This document shows, piece after piece, positions 1 through 9,759 of a stretch of 64,000 nt of DNA. This DNA is from Bdellovibrionales bacterium (lineage in GTDB: Bacteria > Bdellovibrionota > Bdellovibrionia > Bdellovibrionales > UBA1609), in the NCBI GenBank assembly GCA_019695175.1, contig JAIBAM010000012.1:24-64023 (forward strand), read 5' to 3'. Both the position numbers and the translations under genes were made by a program. Below the pieces are notes generated by a model. The model was not told where the DNA came from and did no database searches. It worked only from the letters and a program-made list of their open reading frames with translations. The first letter of the stretch is position 1. Each line of letters begins with the position of its first letter.

Positions 1-26
1 ATTAGGTCGAACCAACTTTAAAAAAT

Positions 27-102
27 TGGAGCGGGAGACGGGGCTCAAACCCGCGACCTTCGCCTTGGCAAGGCGACGCTCTATCAACTGAGCTACTCCC
101 GC
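27..102 (-). tRNA. tRNA-Gly (anticodon GCC), 76 nt with encoded CCA
   Basis: Reverse complement reads gcgggag-ta-gctc-agttgata-gagc-g-tcgcc-TTGCCAA-ggcga-aggtc-gcggg-tttgagc-cccgt-ctcccgc-tcca. Full cloverleaf with a 7-bp acceptor stem; the anticodon loop carries GCC. Confidence 0.93.
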
Positions 103-250
103 AAAAATAACTTAAAGACAATCTTTGATGAAATCTGGGCACAAAAATGTTTTGTGAATCATGGGCAAACTAATATTGAGCGCGAGCAAAGTCAATGCAA
201 CACATAGTTCTTTTAAGAACCTGTCCCAAAACGTGGTGGTTTTTATAATT

Positions 251-1750
251 TTATAGACCATCCGTTTGAGCCGTCGCAGCTTCTTGGGTTGCTTTGGGCT
301 TTTTACGATAAGATTCTTCGTCCAAATAATGGGTAAGAAGGTACTTTTTCGTTTTATCAGCAGAAACTTCTTTACTCAGAAGGTAAAAACTTTTTCCAAC
401 AAAAAGAGGTGGGCTGACAACTCCACCTCGTACGGGAATTCGGGCAATCAGCTGACCTTTTTCTGGATTATAAATACAAAGTCGCCCCTCTGAACAGGGG
501 GCCCATGCGGTCCAGCCTCGTTTTTGCCACTTTAAATTAAATTTTTCCATAACTCTTCCTTGCAGTCGGGTGGCAATAATTTCGTAACCAGGGTTCCGAT
601 TTTCAATGGGGAATAACCAGAGATGTTTAGCTTTTTTGAAGTCAATCATATGAAGTTGGTTGTCCGCAGTGATAATGGCTAACTGTTGAAAAATAGGTAT
701 GTAGGTGGGAGGTGACATAGGAGCACTTGTGAGATCTACTTCCCACTCAAATTTAGCTTTTTTTGTAATATCCCAAGATTGAATTTTTCCAGACCTGAGA
801 GCAAGGAAAGCATGTCCTTCAGCTACAACAGCTTGTCCTTCAATGGCATCTGGTAGAGTTTGTGATGAAAGTAACTTGAAGTCTTCAGCAGATAAGATGT
901 GAAGTTTATTATCAGAAGTAACTATTATTTGTTTATTCTCTTGGGACAAAGTAAGCCCAATACGACCCTTCACTACAAAAGAGTCGGAGTACCCCTTCAT
1001 TGTACCATTAGATTTATTTAATCGAAGGAGTCGATACACCGCGGGTGGAAGAATACTTTTTCTTGAGCTATCTTTTGCTTCGGGGTTTAGCTCAAGCCTT
1101 CTAATTTCATCTTGTAAGGGAAAAACTGCAAAAATCAACTCATCACTATTTAAAATGAAGGGTGAATTGAGAATTTCTTTGGCGAGAATGAGTTTCCACT
1201 GGACCTGACCATTCTTTTTATCAAGAGCCACGACATGACCATTGGAGGTGGACAAATAAACCAAACCTTCATCAAGTACGGGGCTCCATAGGGTCGTAGC
1301 TTCCCCATCATGAGGAAAATGATACTTCCATTTAACATCTCCTTCGTTCGTATAAGCGTAAGCCCACATGTTGTTGCTGGTGACATAAAATCCAGTATCA
1401 TCTAAAGCATAACCTTGAATTTCACTGGCCTCCTCTTGGTTAAAGAGAGTTTTTTGCCAAACCGGAATAAATTCCTTATCCCTTTGTTGACCCGAAATAT
1501 CATGTCCTGTTCGCTCTGGAGTGCCCCTCTGCCAAAAAGTACTTCCCCCTTTAGCTGGACTTGGTTTTTGGTGTTCAGGACGCGGAAGTGGTGCAATTGT
1601 CTCGGACTGCTCTCCGTCAAGAGCTAACCTCAACTCAATGTGTGAATACAAAAAACGATTGTTTGACATAAGTAAATACACCACACAAAAAATGTAGATG
1701 AAGAAAAAAACAACACCCTTCCATTGAGTTTTATTTTGGTTAAATTCCAT
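251..1750 (-). CDS. Membrane-anchored PQQ-like/BamB-like beta-propeller repeat protein
   Basis: 499-aa ORF with an N-terminal hydrophobic anchor. Repeated motifs of the type 'LVYLSTSNGHVVALDKKNGQVQWK' and 'FAVFPL...' are typical of PQQ-like propeller blades. Overlaps the upstream gene by 11 nt. Confidence 0.6.
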   Translation of the reverse strand: MEFNQNKTQWKGVVFFFIYIFCVVYLLMSNNRFLYSHIELRLALDGEQSETIAPLPRPEHQKPSPAKGGSTFWQRGTPERTGHDISGQQRDKEFIPVWQKTLFNQEEASEIQGYALDDTGFYVTSNNMWAYAYTNEGDVKWKYHFPHDGEATTLWSPVLDEGLVYLSTSNGHVVALDKKNGQVQWKLILAKEILNSPFILNSDELIFAVFPLQDEIRRLELNPEAKDSSRKSILPPAVYRLLRLNKSNGTMKGYSDSFVVKGRIGLTLSQENKQIIVTSDNKLHILSAEDFKLLSSQTLPDAIEGQAVVAEGHAFLALRSGKIQSWDITKKAKFEWEVDLTSAPMSPPTYIPIFQQLAIITADNQLHMIDFKKAKHLWLFPIENRNPGYEIIATRLQGRVMEKFNLKWQKRGWTAWAPCSEGRLCIYNPEKGQLIARIPVRGGVVSPPLFVGKSFYLLSKEVSADKTKKYLLTHYLDEESYRKKPKATQEAATAQTDGL

Positions 1751-2957
1751 TTTGACCTCTCAAAAGAGACTTAAAGGTAACATTTTCGCTACAGAAATCA
1801 TCGTTTTGAAAAGCCAAGCGATAACTGTGATCCCTGTAACCTCGTAGGAGGAGATAGCTACTTACGGTTTTAAAATCTGCTTGCTGACTTTTTTCGCGAC
1901 AAACAGACTTGAGATCTAAAAAAAGAAGATAGGGATTGCAGCGAAAAGTGGAAGGTCTGTCCTGAGGTGAGGTCATAACCACTTCTTCTAAGTAATCCTT
2001 ATAAACTAAAAAAGTTGATTGTTCACAGTCTTCATTAGCTGCAATCGGAGAAAGAGTGAGATGACTTTTGAGGTGATCAAATCCAATGGATTCGCGAAAA
2101 TAAAAAAAGGGGAGTGATTGAATCGACCAGAAAAGAATCAAGGATACAAAAACCCAAACCTTGCTAGGTTCAGGCCGAATGAAGGACTGGTACAAATACT
2201 CCCGTTCTTGTTTTAATTCTTCGAAATAAAGCAGTGGGAATATCTGTAAGAGACAGAGTAAAATCGCAGAATCAGTGAAACCTCCGGCATACCAAATTAA
2301 ACAGTGATAAATAAAAATTGTTATGTAGGCGAGCATAAAGTGGCGAATGTTTTTAAAAAATAAAGCCACAGGAGCCAACATTTCTATAACCACAGACATG
2401 GCAGCGAACCATTCTCCCAGTTTTATGGGAATGTGAAGTTGATCCACAAACCATTGTCCCGTCAACCAATTGGGAGACATTTTAAGAAGACCGACGGCTA
2501 CGTAGTAAGATACAAGAAGCCACCTTAAAACATGTGCTTTGCAAGGCAAAAAAAGGTACGCAAAGTTTAGTATAAACAAAATATAATGAATGTTAGAACT
2601 AAGACGAATGTCTTGAATGTAGAGTAAAGATTTAAACAATAATAGGATCAATAAAAGAACCCAACCAATTGAAATGAAGCGTGTGAAGAAAAAAACAAAA
2701 AGCGTTAAAATGGATAAAAAACCAAAGGTATGAAAAATAATTTCCCATAAACTTTGTGAGACCCCCCCCATCCACTTACATTCGTTAAATAAGCTCCAAC
2801 AAATGGGCTGAAAACCCAAATTGTAAAAAGAGGGAATTTTCCCATTTCGAAACCAAGACCAATAAGATAGAAAATGGGTTAAACATAAAAGGCCCCCAAA
2901 GATTCTAAGTCCTGTGGACTTTTTGATTTCCCAAAGATTGTTTTTGAGAAAATTCAT
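1740..2957 (-). CDS. Polytopic integral membrane protein (possibly HTTM-like)
   Basis: 405-aa ORF with many hydrophobic segments. The N-terminal 'GLRIFGGLLCLTHFLSYWSWF' resembles the start of an HTTM domain. The family assignment is weak. Confidence 0.55.
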   Translation of the reverse strand: MNFLKNNLWEIKKSTGLRIFGGLLCLTHFLSYWSWFRNGKIPSFYNLGFQPICWSLFNECKWMGGVSQSLWEIIFHTFGFLSILTLFVFFFTRFISIGWVLLLILLLFKSLLYIQDIRLSSNIHYILFILNFAYLFLPCKAHVLRWLLVSYYVAVGLLKMSPNWLTGQWFVDQLHIPIKLGEWFAAMSVVIEMLAPVALFFKNIRHFMLAYITIFIYHCLIWYAGGFTDSAILLCLLQIFPLLYFEELKQEREYLYQSFIRPEPSKVWVFVSLILFWSIQSLPFFYFRESIGFDHLKSHLTLSPIAANEDCEQSTFLVYKDYLEEVVMTSPQDRPSTFRCNPYLLFLDLKSVCREKSQQADFKTVSSYLLLRGYRDHSYRLAFQNDDFCSENVTFKSLLRGQNGI

Positions 2958-3002
2958 AATTCAGATTCCTCTCCCACTATGGTGCGAAGTTAAAATGGTA
3001 TG

Positions 3003-3632
3003 TCAGTGCTGGTTCGAAGATGTTGTATCTCCGAAGGAGCTCTCCGTTTTATTTTTCCCTTTAAAATATCCCCAAGTATATTCCACTCCCGAAATAAAAC
3101 TTAAGGCAACGCTTACCCACAAACAAACATACCCGATTTTAGCGAGAGGAATCACTCCAAAAATTGGGTCGTAAACAAAAAGACAAGGTATGGCAAACAT
3201 TTGCAGAGCGGTTTTCCACTTTCCAAAAGGTTTGGCAGCAATGATAACCTGGCTTGTTGCTGCGATGGCTCGAACTCCACCAATAAAGATATCTCTACCA
3301 ATTAACAAAAAAACCATGACTGGATCCACTCGATTCATGTTCAAAAGCATAAGAATCGCACTGAGAACCAGGAGTTTGTCGGCAATTGGATCCATAAACT
3401 GTCCTGCCACGGACTGAGCTGAGTACTTTCGAGCATAATACCCATCAGCCCAATCTGTCGCCGATGCGATCACAAATAAACCTGAAGCGACCCACCCGGA
3501 ATAGGACCAGGGAATATAAATCACGGCCATTATGATAGGAGCAAACCCGATGCGTAGATAGGTAAAAAACATAGGCAATTCGGTTTGCCACCGTGGTCGG
3601 GGCTTGGTTTCTTGGGGTGCTTTTTTTGACAT
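3003..3632 (-). CDS. pgsA: CDP-diacylglycerol--glycerol-3-phosphate 3-phosphatidyltransferase
   Basis: CDP-alcohol phosphatidyltransferase motif 'DWADGYYARKYSAQSVAGQFMDPIADKLLV' (DGx2ARx8Gx3Dx3D) in a multi-TM 209-aa protein. Confidence 0.88.
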   Translation of the reverse strand: MSKKAPQETKPRPRWQTELPMFFTYLRIGFAPIIMAVIYIPWSYSGWVASGLFVIASATDWADGYYARKYSAQSVAGQFMDPIADKLLVLSAILMLLNMNRVDPVMVFLLIGRDIFIGGVRAIAATSQVIIAAKPFGKWKTALQMFAIPCLFVYDPIFGVIPLAKIGYVCLWVSVALSFISGVEYTWGYFKGKNKTESSFGDTTSSNQH

Positions 3633-3801
3633 TGTTCTTTAAACCACTCAAAAGTTTGTTAGGGTGAGGTGCTAGCACTATAAGAATTCATACATCAAAA
3701 AAAATCAAATTATGACTGAGTTGAAGGGTAAGATAGTTGCAATTGCCCCAAAAAGGGAACAAAAAGAGGAAAGATTTTTCTCATGGTTTTGGGTTAAAAA
3801 G

Positions 3802-4506
3802 ATGAAGTATAGCTTGCTTTTTTTGGTTTTATTTTGTTTTCAGACTCTGGCCGAAGGTCCAGTGCATGAATGGAAGGCCGGTGATCCTGTATCCACAATT
3901 GCGATGGAACCGGATCCCTTTTGGAAAAAACCAAAGGTCTGGGAAAGGATCATTCGTCCTGAAGAAAGAGCTATTTTAATTTCAGTTGTCAAAAGACCCT
4001 TTCAAGGAAAAAAATATCCCTGGGAGTACTATTTACAGGGCGTTGGAGTTTTGAATGTTCCAACTGAATTCGCCTTCAGTCAAATGAGAAAATTTGAGCA
4101 ACTCCCCCACCTTTCTGGTTTTATTACGAGCGCTGATTATTCTCCACAAACAGGTTTGTTATCTATGTCCTTGAAATTTATAATTTGGTTTCAAACAAAA
4201 TTAAAATTGAGAATAGAGTTTCGAGAACCCAGCCATTTCTCTTTTGCAAGCTTGCCTGGAACAAGAGAAATTGCTTTCCTTGCTGTTGAAGGGGATCTAG
4301 TCGGTCTAAATGGGGTGGTGCGCTTTAAAGACCTGGGGCGTCGAACCACTGAAATTTCAATGACAGCCCAAAGGGGATTCGACAGAATTCCCGCTTTATC
4401 GAACGCTGCAATCAAATTAGGATTGATAGAGACTGCCTTACAAATTATGGCGAGAAAATTGCGTTCTTTTATTGAGAACTCTTGGAAAAACCAAATGAAG
4501 GAGTGA
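3802..4506 (+). CDS. Secreted hypothetical protein (possible SRPBCC/START-like fold)
   Basis: ORF track gives 3712..4506. The internal ATG at 3802 starts a clean signal peptide, MKYSLLFLVLFCFQTLAEG. No diagnostic motif recognised. Confidence 0.5.
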   Translation: MKYSLLFLVLFCFQTLAEGPVHEWKAGDPVSTIAMEPDPFWKKPKVWERIIRPEERAILISVVKRPFQGKKYPWEYYLQGVGVLNVPTEFAFSQMRKFEQLPHLSGFITSADYSPQTGLLSMSLKFIIWFQTKLKLRIEFREPSHFSFASLPGTREIAFLAVEGDLVGLNGVVRFKDLGRRTTEISMTAQRGFDRIPALSNAAIKLGLIETALQIMARKLRSFIENSWKNQMKE

Positions 4507-4514
4507 AAGGTTAT

Positions 4515-5216
4515 ATGGATAGGGATGGGTCTCCGTTCAAAAGAAGAAAATATGAGAGAGTACCTGTTGAGGTTGACTGGGGTTCTTTTCAACCTCTCCT
4601 TGGGGCTATATTGATTTGGCCAAATCATGAAACTTCTTCTATTTACGACATCAGTTACAGTGGGATGGCCTTAGTTCGCCCAGCCCTCCTTAGCTTTGAA
4701 AAAAATCAAACCATTCAAGTGCAGGTTTCTTTTGGCGAAAAACCTCCGGTGTCTTTTAAGGTAATTGTCCAATGGGCTAATGAACAGGTGCTTGGTGTTA
4801 AATTTACAGCCCTAGGTTTAAGTGAACATGAAGCTTTGGATGATTTTTTAGAGGATAGGCTTATTGGACGACATATGAGAAAAATTGATCCTAAGTTCTT
4901 TGGAAAAGGTGTTGATTTTTCGGTTTGGTATCATGGGCCCAGAGAAACTAATTTTTATTTGTGGCAAGAAAAAGGCCAAGTGACACGAGCTGAATTTGAA
5001 TTGGACCGTCAGACCTTAATATACGAAAACGGGCAACTATTGCGGGGTGGTAAGTTAAGTCAGGAACAAGAACAAAAAGATTTGGAATTGGAAGATTTGT
5101 TCCTTGAGACAAGCCAGGAGGCACCACTGGTTCGCAGAGTTATTGAAGTTTTAAGTCAGATTGATGAGCCTCGAGGTCCAATGAAGGAGCTACTTAAGAT
5201 TCTGGTAAAATCATAA
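4515..5216 (+). CDS. PilZ domain protein (c-di-GMP receptor type)
   Basis: N-terminal 'RRKYERVPV' (RxxxR) and 'DISYSGMAL' (DxSxxG) signatures. ATG at 4515 is preceded by aaggag/gaaagg; the track start at 4482 is TTG. Confidence 0.75.
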   Translation: MDRDGSPFKRRKYERVPVEVDWGSFQPLLGAILIWPNHETSSIYDISYSGMALVRPALLSFEKNQTIQVQVSFGEKPPVSFKVIVQWANEQVLGVKFTALGLSEHEALDDFLEDRLIGRHMRKIDPKFFGKGVDFSVWYHGPRETNFYLWQEKGQVTRAEFELDRQTLIYENGQLLRGGKLSQEQEQKDLELEDLFLETSQEAPLVRRVIEVLSQIDEPRGPMKELLKILVKS

Positions 5217-5305
5217 TTTATTTAAAGAATCTTAGATGAAGTCAGTAACAGAAGAGCCGCAGTTTCCGAACAAGTCTTAAGAAAAATCAGAGATGGAGTG
5301 TAGTT

Positions 5306-6313
5306 ATGGATAGAAACTTAGCCCTAGAATTTGTGAGAATAACAGAGGCAGCCGCTTTGGCGAGTGCCCAATTTATGGGCAGAGGTAATGAAAAGGATGC
5401 GGATCAGGCTGCTGTGGATGCCATGAGGAGGGCCTTTGATTCTGTCAATATTGATGGAACCGTGGTGATCGGGGAAGGCGAGCGAGATGAAGCCCCGATG
5501 TTATTTATCGGAGAAAAGGTTGGACGAAATGGGGCTGAGGCTCCAGAAATCGATATTGCATTGGATCCACTTGAGGGAACAACTATATGTGCTAAAGGTG
5601 GCGTTGGAGCTATTTCAGTTATAGCTGTCGCCGAACGCGGTCATTTTCTCCATGCACCCGACACTTATATGGACAAAATTGCTTGTGGCCCTCGTGCTGC
5701 AGGAAAAATAGATTTAGATTTTACTCCAGAGGAAAATATAAAAATTGTTGCAATGGCTCTTAATAAGTCTGTGGAAAACTTAACTGTGTCTATTTTAGAT
5801 CGTCCTCGACACGAGGAATTGATCACTCGTGTGCGCAAAATGGGTGCTCGCATTCGGCTCATTGGGGACGGAGATGTGTCCGCTGGAATCGCACCTTGTT
5901 GGGAAGAGTCTGGGATTGATCTTTTACTTGGTATAGGTGGCGCTCCAGAAGGAGTCATTACCGCAGCAGCTTTAAAATGTTTGGGGGGAGATTTCCAAGG
6001 GAGACTTAAGTTTCGCAACGAGCAAGAAAAAAGTCGTGCCAAACAAATGGGTTTAAAGAATCCAGAACAAAAATTATTGCGAGATGATTTGGCAAAGGGG
6101 TCCGTAATGTTTTGTGCTACAGGTGTGACCGATGGGCCATTGCTTGAGGGAGTTAGAACTCTTCCCGGCCATAGAACCCAAACTCATTCAATTGTAATGA
6201 GGTCAGCAAGTGGGACCGTGCGTCGAATTGAAGCCGAACATAATTTTGTGACGAAACCAGATCACTTGGGAACTTCAGTAAACACATCAAGATCCACTGG
6301 AGGGAGGGTCTAG
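5306..6313 (+). CDS. glpX: Class II fructose-1,6-bisphosphatase
   Basis: N-terminus 'LALEFVRITEAAALASAQFMGRGNEKDADQAAVDAMR' and 'DPLEGTT' are typical of GlpX. Length 335 aa. Confidence 0.9.
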   Translation: MDRNLALEFVRITEAAALASAQFMGRGNEKDADQAAVDAMRRAFDSVNIDGTVVIGEGERDEAPMLFIGEKVGRNGAEAPEIDIALDPLEGTTICAKGGVGAISVIAVAERGHFLHAPDTYMDKIACGPRAAGKIDLDFTPEENIKIVAMALNKSVENLTVSILDRPRHEELITRVRKMGARIRLIGDGDVSAGIAPCWEESGIDLLLGIGGAPEGVITAAALKCLGGDFQGRLKFRNEQEKSRAKQMGLKNPEQKLLRDDLAKGSVMFCATGVTDGPLLEGVRTLPGHRTQTHSIVMRSASGTVRRIEAEHNFVTKPDHLGTSVNTSRSTGGRV

Positions 6314-6606
6314 TGCCAGCAACACTATTCTGTTTTTCATGCGGGAAATCTTTGAATTTCCAGGATCGTGTAGGAATCCGAGAAACGTGCTTGCACTGTG
6401 GGGCCGATGTTCATGCCTGTAAAAACTGCCAACATTATGACCCTAAAGTTTACCAAGAATGCTTAGAACCCGTGGCAGATCGAGTTCGAGAAAAAGATAG
6501 GGCCAACTATTGCGATCATTTTACTCCTGGAAAAAAGGGAATCCAGAATGGCTTAAGTCAACAGGATTTATTAAACCAGGCCGAAGCCCTATTTCGCAAA
6601 AAATAA
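6313..6606 (+). CDS. Small Cys-rich (zinc-ribbon-like) protein
   Basis: 97 aa with CxxC...CxxC...CxxC pairs (CFSCG, CLHCG, CKNCQ). GTG start overlaps the glpX stop (TAGTG). Confidence 0.6.
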   Translation: MPATLFCFSCGKSLNFQDRVGIRETCLHCGADVHACKNCQHYDPKVYQECLEPVADRVREKDRANYCDHFTPGKKGIQNGLSQQDLLNQAEALFRKK

Positions 6607-6644
6607 ATTCTGACCAATTCCTCCAACGATCACTTTAAATAGAA

Positions 6645-6666
6645 AGTCAAATCAATTGATTTGACT
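6645..6666. promoter_or_regulatory. Perfect 22-bp palindrome (candidate operator or hairpin)
   Basis: agtcaaatcaa|ttgatttgact, in the 185-bp intergenic region between the Cys-rich gene and the CxxCH-protein gene. Confidence 0.3.
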
Positions 6667-6791
6667 CCCTGAATTGAAGTTAAAAGTGAACTGGTAATAG
6701 ATGTTTTAGCTAGAGATTTAATTTCCAATTGGACAGGAATAAACAAAGTAATTAGCCTAGAGTTTCATGCGTTTGCTAAGGAGTCATACTT

Positions 6792-8069
6792 ATGAAGCCA
6801 AAATTTTTAAATCATCTCCGTCACAAAAATAATATAATGCGAACCGGACTGCAGACTAGTGTGGAACTCATGGGAATTTTAATTCTTATTTCTTGTGCCC
6901 ACCAGCCCATGAAAGAACAGAAATCAATTGAAAACAAAAATGCCGTAGTCGTTGAGGAGTGGCAGCATAAAATGCGTTCCCTTTCGACATCACTCTCAAA
7001 GCTGCTTCCATTAGTCTATAATCAGAAGTTATTTAATGATCCTAACCAATATGAGACTATTGAAAAAGAGTCTAAAAATTTGGCCACGATGGCTCATGTG
7101 GTTAATACAACGATAAAAAAAACCAGCGAGGACCCAAGTCTTAGTTTTGTATCAGATAAATTGGATACTGATATGAAAGAGGCCGTTCGACAACTGGAAT
7201 TGGGAAATAGAAAGTTCGCCCGTCATCTCATTCGAAATGCCACTTCCTACTGTATTTCTTGCCATACTCATAATGATCAGGGTCGACAGAACCTTAATCT
7301 GAGCCTGAGCTTAGATCTGGATCACATGCAGCCCATGGATCGAGCTGAACTGCATATGTCATTGCGTGATTTTGATGCCGCACTAAAAGATTACGAACAA
7401 ATTATTAACTCTCCGGATGCACAAATTGAAAGATTTCAAAACATTGAGCTTGCGGCTGAAAAAACTCTAGCCATCGCGATCAGAGTTAAGGGTGACCCTG
7501 ATCTAGCTCTTAAATTGGTAGAAACAACCATAACTGCCAAATGGTCCCCAGAGTATTTAAAACTCAACGCCATGGCCTGGAAGACAGCCGTATTAGAGTG
7601 GAAAAAAGAACCCGAGATTCGCGGATTTACCCCAAAAATGCGTTTGCAAAAAGCGAAGTCCCTTCTACAACAAGGTTGGAAGTTTTCGGCCAATTCTATT
7701 CAAAGCCGTGCCGGACTGGTTTATTTTTTGCGAGCTTCAGTACAATTGCATGATCTACTCTCAACCAAAAGTCATAAATTGGTGTATGGAGAAGCACTTT
7801 ACTACGCTGGTTTAACCGCAGAATCGTTGCGGGAAATCAATTTGTGGACCCTTCATGAGGCCTATTATGAATCCTGTATACGTTTTCAACCCTACACAAC
7901 CACGGCAAAAAAATGTTATCTAAGAATGGAAGCCCTTCAACTCGCTAGTTATGTCGACGGAGACAATGGGTTTGTTCCCGCTGCAGTGAGGGACCATCTT
8001 AAAGTTCTTAAGTCCATGGCTGTCAAACAGGACAGTGATTTTTTAAGTACGGGTGGAATTGGCGATTAA
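6792..8069 (+). CDS. Secreted hypothetical protein with a single CxxCH motif
   Basis: 425 aa with an N-terminal hydrophobic segment. 'SYCISCHTHND' contains a c-type haem attachment motif. The helical repeat-like C-terminal half is not assignable. Confidence 0.55.
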   Translation: MKPKFLNHLRHKNNIMRTGLQTSVELMGILILISCAHQPMKEQKSIENKNAVVVEEWQHKMRSLSTSLSKLLPLVYNQKLFNDPNQYETIEKESKNLATMAHVVNTTIKKTSEDPSLSFVSDKLDTDMKEAVRQLELGNRKFARHLIRNATSYCISCHTHNDQGRQNLNLSLSLDLDHMQPMDRAELHMSLRDFDAALKDYEQIINSPDAQIERFQNIELAAEKTLAIAIRVKGDPDLALKLVETTITAKWSPEYLKLNAMAWKTAVLEWKKEPEIRGFTPKMRLQKAKSLLQQGWKFSANSIQSRAGLVYFLRASVQLHDLLSTKSHKLVYGEALYYAGLTAESLREINLWTLHEAYYESCIRFQPYTTTAKKCYLRMEALQLASYVDGDNGFVPAAVRDHLKVLKSMAVKQDSDFLSTGGIGD

Positions 8070-8125
8070 TAAATATTTACTGGATATTTTAATGTAATGA
8101 TTAACAATCAAGTTGGAGCCATGTA

Positions 8126-9049
8126 ATGAAAAATAAAGCTAAAATTTTATGGGCATTGGACCCTTTCCATTTTGATCATCAAAAAAAGGCTCATTTGGGA
8201 AATTTTTTAAATTACTTGTCCGAGGCTGAAAATAGTAAAATTGAACCTGTATATGTGTTGGGACCCGACTCAATTAATTGGACAGGTGAATTCAGTTCTC
8301 CCTGGTCTCATAAATATCGCCCCCTAGCCAAAGAAGCCGCCAATAATGTCATTGAGAAATTACAATGTAAGAATATTATAGAGCCACAAATATTGGTGAA
8401 CTCGAAAGCCTCATTAAGATCCGCTGTAAAGAAAATTGTGTCTCATGCCCAAGCCAACCGCTCTTCATTTATTGTTGTACACTCCCATGGAAGAAGGAGC
8501 GTGGAGCGTTTTTTTCTCGGAAGTTTTGCTGAGACTCTTTTGCTTCAGAGTCAAACACCGGTACTTTTGCTCAAAGAAAATCACCCAACTCCTACACAAT
8601 TTAAAAATGTTTTATTTCCCACAGATTTTTCCGCAACTTCCCATAAAGCGCTTAAAAAACTACTGCCTCGTTTAAAAAAATGGGGTTCCCATCTTACTTT
8701 ATTTCACAAGTTGCCTGATCCTATTGAACCCGTTGTGCAAAGTGGTGTTTTTATGGCGGGAGGTGGTTGGGTTTCTCTCACGAACTATTTTGAAAAAGAC
8801 GCCGAATTTCGAAAGAAAAAAATTGAAAAGTTACAAAAGGAAGCTGCACTCATGGGTGTATCAACAAAAGTTGTTGTTGAAAATCATCCCGGATTAACTA
8901 CTGAACTTATTTTACAGTCTGCAAAAAAGGAAGAGATTGATTTGATCGCAATGGCCACTCAGTCGGGTCCTGTGAGTCGAATTCTTTTAGGAAGTGTTGC
9001 CCGACAGCTGAGTCGAGAGTCTGACCTTCCCCTTCTCATCTTTAGATGA
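8126..9049 (+). CDS. Tandem universal stress protein (UspA family)
   Basis: Two Usp-like halves, each ending in the typical 'G..GR......LGS(V/F)A..L....P(V/L)L(L/I)' pattern: HGRRSVERFFLGSFAETLLLQSQTPVLLLK and SGPVSRILLGSVARQLSRESDLPLLIFR. Confidence 0.8.
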   Translation: MKNKAKILWALDPFHFDHQKKAHLGNFLNYLSEAENSKIEPVYVLGPDSINWTGEFSSPWSHKYRPLAKEAANNVIEKLQCKNIIEPQILVNSKASLRSAVKKIVSHAQANRSSFIVVHSHGRRSVERFFLGSFAETLLLQSQTPVLLLKENHPTPTQFKNVLFPTDFSATSHKALKKLLPRLKKWGSHLTLFHKLPDPIEPVVQSGVFMAGGGWVSLTNYFEKDAEFRKKKIEKLQKEAALMGVSTKVVVENHPGLTTELILQSAKKEEIDLIAMATQSGPVSRILLGSVARQLSRESDLPLLIFR

Positions 9050-9070
9050 AGTTGATAACGAGAGTTTTTT

Positions 9071-9637
9071 GTGAAAAAAGTGGTGTTAACTGGAGGCCCC
9101 TCGGCAGGTAAAACCTTAATAGCTGAATATCTTTGCCAGAAATTTCCCAATGAAATTTCCATGGTTCCTGAGACCGCCACTTTGCTTTTTTCTGGGGGAT
9201 TTACTCGCTCAAAAGAGCCCATGGATATTTATAACCAACAACGAGCCATTTATTTTGTACAAATTGAGCATGAGGCGATTCTAAGTCGTGATATTTCAAA
9301 AAAAATAATACTTTGTGACCGAGGCACTCTCGATGGTTCCGCTTATTGGCCGAGTGGAGTTGTTAATTTTTATCAATCTCTGTCTACCCAACGTGACAAG
9401 GAATTATTCAGGTACGACTTTGTATTTCACTTAACCACAGCTCCTGGAATTCACTATAATAGGAGCACCAATCTTCAACGCATTGAAACTGTAAGTGAAG
9501 CTGAAGTGATCGATCAGAAAATTATGACTGCTTGGGAGGGGCATCCACAGCGTACAGTTTTTTTGGGTAAAAATTCTTTCGCTGAAAAAAGAGCTGCTGT
9601 CGTCGCTAAAATTGAAGACATCTTACAAAGCCTATAA
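9071..9637 (+). CDS. AAA_28-type P-loop ATPase
   Basis: Walker A 'LTGGPSAGKT' at the N-terminus. 188 aa, GTG start. Confidence 0.65.
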   Translation: MKKVVLTGGPSAGKTLIAEYLCQKFPNEISMVPETATLLFSGGFTRSKEPMDIYNQQRAIYFVQIEHEAILSRDISKKIILCDRGTLDGSAYWPSGVVNFYQSLSTQRDKELFRYDFVFHLTTAPGIHYNRSTNLQRIETVSEAEVIDQKIMTAWEGHPQRTVFLGKNSFAEKRAAVVAKIEDILQSL

Positions 9638-9759
9638 CGTCGCGGCGAAGATGCATAAGTTTTGATATGGGCAAAATCATTTTTTCTGTTAAAAATAATC
9701 CAGACGAAGTGAGGCGTCAAAAGCATATAATAAAAAATTATATTGTCTTAGAGAAGGAA

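Noticed and set aside
1-26. Possible second tRNA fragment at the extreme 5' end (ggtcgaacc resembles a T-loop)
   Set aside because: No acceptor or anticodon arms can be built on either strand within the available bases. On the minus strand it would collide with the 3' end of tRNA-Gly.
5665-6042. Antisense or embedded ORFs of 60-145 aa inside well-supported genes (e.g. 5665..6042 in glpX, 4191..4628, 30688..31047 in murG, 17604..17913 in the helicase tail, 53487..53720 in phnE)
   Set aside because: They lie entirely within, or opposite to, genes with strong family motifs. They have low-complexity or biased composition and no RBS, which is typical of shadow ORFs.
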